Shown: positions 59,616 to 64,000 of the stretch, piece after piece
Numbering within the stretch: the first letter of the stretch is position 1
Layout of the letters: each line of letters begins with the position of its first letter
Source: Felis catus
Taxonomy: Eukaryota
Direction: 5' to 3'
NCBI RefSeq assembly: GCF_018350175.1
Contig: NC_058368.1
Location: forward strand, 133,116,001-133,180,000
Length of the DNA stretch: 64,000 nucleotides
The notes under the pieces: model-generated
What the model was told of the DNA's origin: nothing
The model's input: the letters and a program-made list of their open reading frames with translations, nothing else
The model's database searches: none
Translations under genes and position numbers: made by a program

Positions 59616-61225
59616 AGTTGTTCCCTAATCCCAAGTGTAAATTACCAAGTAAAGGAACAGAAACTCATTCTCTGTGTAGCAAAAGGTAAGTATCATGTCT
59701 TGGGGTAACATCCTTTCCCCACACAAGATAAGAATTAGAAAGGCCCTGTTGGAAGCCTACCAGGACCAGGTACCAAGAAGTGAGGGAGCTTTGAGATGCT
59801 AATTTCCTTGTACCTGGTGTGGACTGGTTTGAACTTTGCTCTCTATAGAATGAGGCTTTGGGGTGAATAAATCCTCCTGCACAGGGTCTCCAGCCATCCA
59901 GGAAGGGAGTTAAGGCTGATATAGTTAACAGAGGCCTCTGAGCAGCTTGCCTCCTTAGCACTCCTTAGCACTCTGTCCTTGGATTTTATCTTTTTTATTT
60001 GGAAAAATTATCACAAGGACACGAAGCCTAACAGCATTGATTGTCTTGATAGTTTGTTGATTAAGTCCAGGAGATGCTGGCAAGTAAATTGTCCCTGCCC
60101 TCCAGCATGATACAATAATTAACTCTAATACTAACAACGAAAAGTTAATCACAGCATGTGCAAAGCCGGGCTCTTTTTGTCTGCATGCAAAACCTCTTTC
60201 CTACCATGGCTTCAAGGTGTTAGCTCTGAGACTTGGAACAGGTTCTTTGAAAAAGAGCCCTTCCTTCCAGTAAAACTGTTCCACATATTATTATTTTAAT
60301 TTAATTAGGTTTTAAAAAGGTTAGCCATGACATTTTAATAGCTTAAGCTCACATTAATATTCTGAGAATACTGTTTAGCCCAGCCACTTGTGATTCAAAA
60401 GGATGTTTTTCCAGAGAAGGAATTGGCTTTTAGGGCAATTACAGAAAAATAGCTTTCATTTGATTAAGATGGGTATCTTGCTATTAAAAGACAGTTATTG
60501 AAATAAAATACATATACAATATTGAAAAATGCTAACCCGTAGCTTGATATTATTTATCTAGGAGAAAGGGAGACTGGGCAGTGTGTTTATGGAGATTATC
60601 CCAAAGGCAGCTAATGTCCTTCAGCAATGAGCAAATTAGTGATCTGTGCTAGCGACTTGCCGTGTGTTGTCAACCTAATGTTTTATTTATTTGCCTGAGA
60701 GCTGCTGTCTTCATTAGGGAGTTTAGAGAGCAAAGCAAGATGATATTTACTAGCCTGGCAAACTAATAAACTCTGCTCATGTGTCTTCTTTTGCTACTAT
60801 GGCTAATCGTGGTTTTTCAAGAAATAGCCATTCAATATGCTAATGGATCCTCTGGGAACAGGATTAAACCATAACTTCCTGTAGAAGGAGGCAGCAAGGA
60901 ACAGGGTCATTGTTTCATGTGCGGCTGGCTGACATGTGCCAAGCATTGTGCTTGTTCTGGCGGTAAGGAGATGCTGAGGCCGTGGGCCAGCTCCCCAGAC
61001 ACTCACAATTAGGGAGCTGGCAGTGATGATACAGCTACCTCTCATTACCCAGTGTAATAGGCGCTATTCTCTCCCAAAAGCAGCACAAGGGACAAATAAT
61101 TAGTTCAGCTTGGTGGCATTGGAGATGGCTGCAAAAGTAGGGAGGAGCTGGGGCTTGAGGGCTAGAAAAAATTTGCCAAGAGAAGGAGAGGGAAAGTCAT
61201 GCGAGACCGACTATTGCTTTAACTC

Positions 61226-61415
61226 CCTGGTGTCTAAGTGTGGTCTCTGGCCAGCAGCATCGACATCACCTGGAACTTGTTAGAAATGCACACTCTCAGG
61301 CCTCCCACAGGACTGGCTGAATCAGAAAGTTTGTGGGAGAGTCGTGTGTGTTAGCAGTCTGCATTTTAACCAGCTTTCCAGGTGATTCGGAGGCTCACGT
61401 AAGTTAACGATGGGT
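61226..61415. mobile_element. MER5A-type MITE
   Basis: aagtgtggtc…ccagcagcatcgacatcacctggaacttgttagaaatgca…tgaatcagaa. Confidence 0.85.
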
Positions 61416-61579
61416 GTATTGATGGCCCCTCCAGTTAACTGTGGGAAGTTTGACTTGACCAGAGCTTTGAGTTTGATGGTGGGGTAGGGAAGGGTGGAAA
61501 GATGGGGCACCAGGTAACAGCTTGGAAAGGTCAATTGTGATCAATTACGAAGGAAGGATGGGGAGGATATTAATATTTA

Positions 61580-62090
61580 TATTAGCTATCTGTATGTGTG
61601 ATTTTTTAAATAATAATGATGGTTCTAGAGCCAGGTAGTAGGAACCAACTTGCACAAGCTCAAACAAAGAGAAAATTTATTGAAAAGATACCAGGATATG
61701 TCATTGCTCCCCAAGGGAGAATTCAACAACCAAGTCTCAGGAAGAGAGATATTTTTTTCTTTCTCTATTTCATATTATTTCCTTATGATAGATTCCCAAA
61801 TGTAAGATTACTGGTTCAGACAGTGAGCAATTTCATGGCTTCTGATGTAAATGGCCCAACAGCTTCCAAATGGTTGTAGCGCTATTTGGGGCCTCGGGTG
61901 TTAAGTGTGAACACCGGTTTCACTGCATTCTTACCAATCTCCCCTCTTGTGTTTTTAACTTGATGGGGGGAAATGACATGCCACGATTGTTGCTTGCACT
62001 TCGTTATTTACGAAGTCAAATATTTAAAATTGTGCTTATTTGCCAATTGCATGTTTTACTTGAAAAGGATTTTTTGGCCCTTATTTTAGC
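61580..62090. mobile_element. Old MLT1-like fragment (about 61580-61745) followed by decayed antisense L1 (about 61770-62090)
   Basis: aaccaact…aagctcaaacaaagagaaaatttattgaa; then gatagattccc…gattactggttca…cagcttccaaatggttgta. Confidence 0.5.
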
Positions 62091-62249
62091 AGGAGAGTAT
62101 CTCTGCTCTCCAGGGACTCAGGATAAAAGTATTTCTAGCAAAATAAGGAGGAAATCACACTAGTTTTGGTTGCTATAGAGGCTGTCAGCTTATTACCACT
62201 GGCCACACCCTCACTCGCTAGCAGCTGAAATGTCCCCCAAGTCAAGAAA

Positions 62250-62460
62250 CTAGGTCCAAATCTCAGCTCTGCCACTTAATGGTCTTGGGATTTGCTGTCA
62301 GTTTCTGCACTTCTGTAAGCCCCGGTTCTCTCATCTGGAAAATAGGAATAATCTGTATCACCTACCTTCATGATAGTTTGAAGATCACAATGAGGTCAGG
62401 TACTTGAAAATGCTTGATAAACTATAAGGAACTGTAAAAATGTTGGCTGTCACTATTGTG
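62250..62460 (+). mobile_element. MIR
   Basis: aaatctcagctctgccactta…ctcatctggaaaataggaataat. Confidence 0.75.
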
Positions 62461-62696
62461 ACATTGGCTTACCTAAGTGAGCAGTGTCTGTGAGGCCTGA
62501 GGTCATGCTAGATTTGGCCTTCTGCTGAGGAGCTATAAACAGAAACATACCTGGTCTAATTCAACTTTTTCACTTTTTGCACAAATGGGACTCAATTCGA
62601 AGGTGCAAATTCAGGAAAGGCATGGTGATATTTTAGGTATTTTTCCTCTACCAGCGGGTAACAGGCTTCACAGATATGTGGAAGGGCCTGAAGTTT

Positions 62697-63279
62697 CCTC
62701 CCTCCCTTTCTTTCTCTCTCCCTCCCTCTCTCCCTTCTTTCCTTCCTTCCTTCCTTCCTTCCTTCCTTCCTTCCTTCCTTCCTTCCTTCCTTCCTTCCTT
62801 CCCTTCTTCCCTCCCTTCCCTCCTTCCTTCCTTCCTTCCCTCCCTTCTTCCTTCCTTTTTTCCTTCCTTCCTTCCCTCCCTTCTTCCTTACTTCTTTCCT
62901 TCCTTCCTTCCCTCCTTCCTTCCTTCCTTCCTCCCTTCTTCCTTCCTTCCTTCCCTCCCTCCTTCCTTCCTTCCTTCCTTCCTTCCTTCCTTCCTTCCTT
63001 CCCTCCCTCCCTCCTTCCTTCCTTCCTTCCTTCCTTCCTTCCTTCCTTCCTTCCTTCCCTCCTTCCTTCCTTCCTTCCCTCCTTCCTTCCTTCCCTCCCT
63101 TCTTCCTTCCTTCCTTCCTTCCTTCCTTCCTTCCTTCCTTCCTTCCTTCCTTATTTCCTTCCTTCCTTCCTTCCTTATTTCCTTCCTTCCTTCCTTCCTT
63201 CCTTCCTTCCTTCCTTCCTTCCTTCCTTCCTTCCTTCCCTCCCTCCCTCCCTCCCTCCCTCCCTCCTTCCTTCCTTCCT
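62697..63279. repeat. Long (CCTT)n / (GGAA)n polypyrimidine tract
   Basis: About 580 nt of almost pure C/T on the + strand. Confidence 0.98.
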
Positions 63280-63389
63280 AGGAATACACAATAAGCAAGA
63301 GCAAACCCAGCACTCACTCTGGTGGAGCTTGCGTATTTATGCAGAAAGGAACGCTGGCTGTGTATTCTCATGTTTGACACAGTCCTCAG

Positions 63390-63610
63390 TAGACTGAACA
63401 GTGCTTTACAGTTTGCCATAGCTATGCATGCATTTATGCATCTGATCCTGCCACCCACATCATCAGGAAGACGGAGAGGCACAATCTTTTGAAGTCAGAG
63501 AGGTTAGGTGACTTATCTAAGGTCATGCAGCAGATTAAGTTGTGGGGCCTGGCTCTGTGCCTTTCCCCTGGCACCCAGGTCAATGCCTTTTCCATGGCAC
63601 CACATTGACC
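63390..63610 (-). mobile_element. MIR
   Basis: cagagaggttaggtgacttatctaaggtcatgcagc. Confidence 0.7.
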
Positions 63611-64000
63611 AGCCCTTTTCATTCTCGTGTTTGCAGTGGGTTAAACTTAGCTCTGCTTTGATGAAGGAATGGAAATGACGGATTCCGCAAGAGAATCCTA
63701 GCTCACCTGAAAAGTGGGTTGGCTTCTATTGTGTGAAATGTAGTTTCACATGTAATTAAAAAAAGAAAACCCAGCAGCCAGAAATTAAAAAGCTAAAGAA
63801 ATAAGAAGCACTGGGAAGTCTCCAGTGACCTAAAAAGCTAGACAGTGAGGTCAGAGGGGCTGCAGAGTGGGGGAGGGGCCTAGTGGCTCAGCTCCTCTCT
63901 CTGAGGGAATATGTCCCCAGCCATCAATGGAATTACAGGAGATCGTTCTGAGGGATAAAGGGAGATAAGTGAGCCTGACAGAAAAGCTTGCAGAAAATGG

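Noticed and set aside
51743..59973. 10-bp tandem duplications (cctagtgtgc at about 51743; ctccttagca at 59951-59970)
   Set aside because: Ordinary slippage indels.
62585..63482. Long ORFs (270, 296, 201 aa) of PSFL/GRKE repeats
   Set aside because: Translations of the (CCTT)n microsatellite, which has no stop codons.

Overview
This is mammalian genomic DNA, almost certainly from a felid: it carries about 30 tRNA-derived CAN-SINEs, including three near-identical young SINEC_Fc2-type copies, plus carnivore L1s. I cannot support any protein-coding exon. The ORF track is explained by L1 ORF2 fragments, SINEs, microsatellites and chance ORFs, so the window is intronic or intergenic. Main observations: (1) a 1.54-kb element at 48899-50439 built like a retroviral mRNA (R-U5-PBS-leader-env TM remnant-PPT-U3-R-polyA) at a TTTTT/AAAAAA site, i.e. 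an ERV transcript apparently retroposed by L1 rather than integrated as a provirus. (2) Two neighbouring L1 insertions (12014-15591, 16021-17124), each with its own TSD and twin-priming inversion, that share the same ORF2 frameshift and unusual substitutions. (3) Three short dispersed direct duplications of 30, 35 and 43 bp, 1.2-3.5 kb apart, that look like locally templated insertions. (4) Two MLT2 LTRs fused head-to-head at a shared CTAG. (5) A ~580-bp (CCTT)n tract, several microsatellites born in SINE tails, candidate small exons and repeat-poor putative regulatory blocks. I see no clearly new multi-gene system; the novelty here is in retrotransposition and repair footprints. Repeat family names come from remembered consensus motifs and need RepeatMasker/Dfam confirmation. 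Boundaries of old repeats are approximate.
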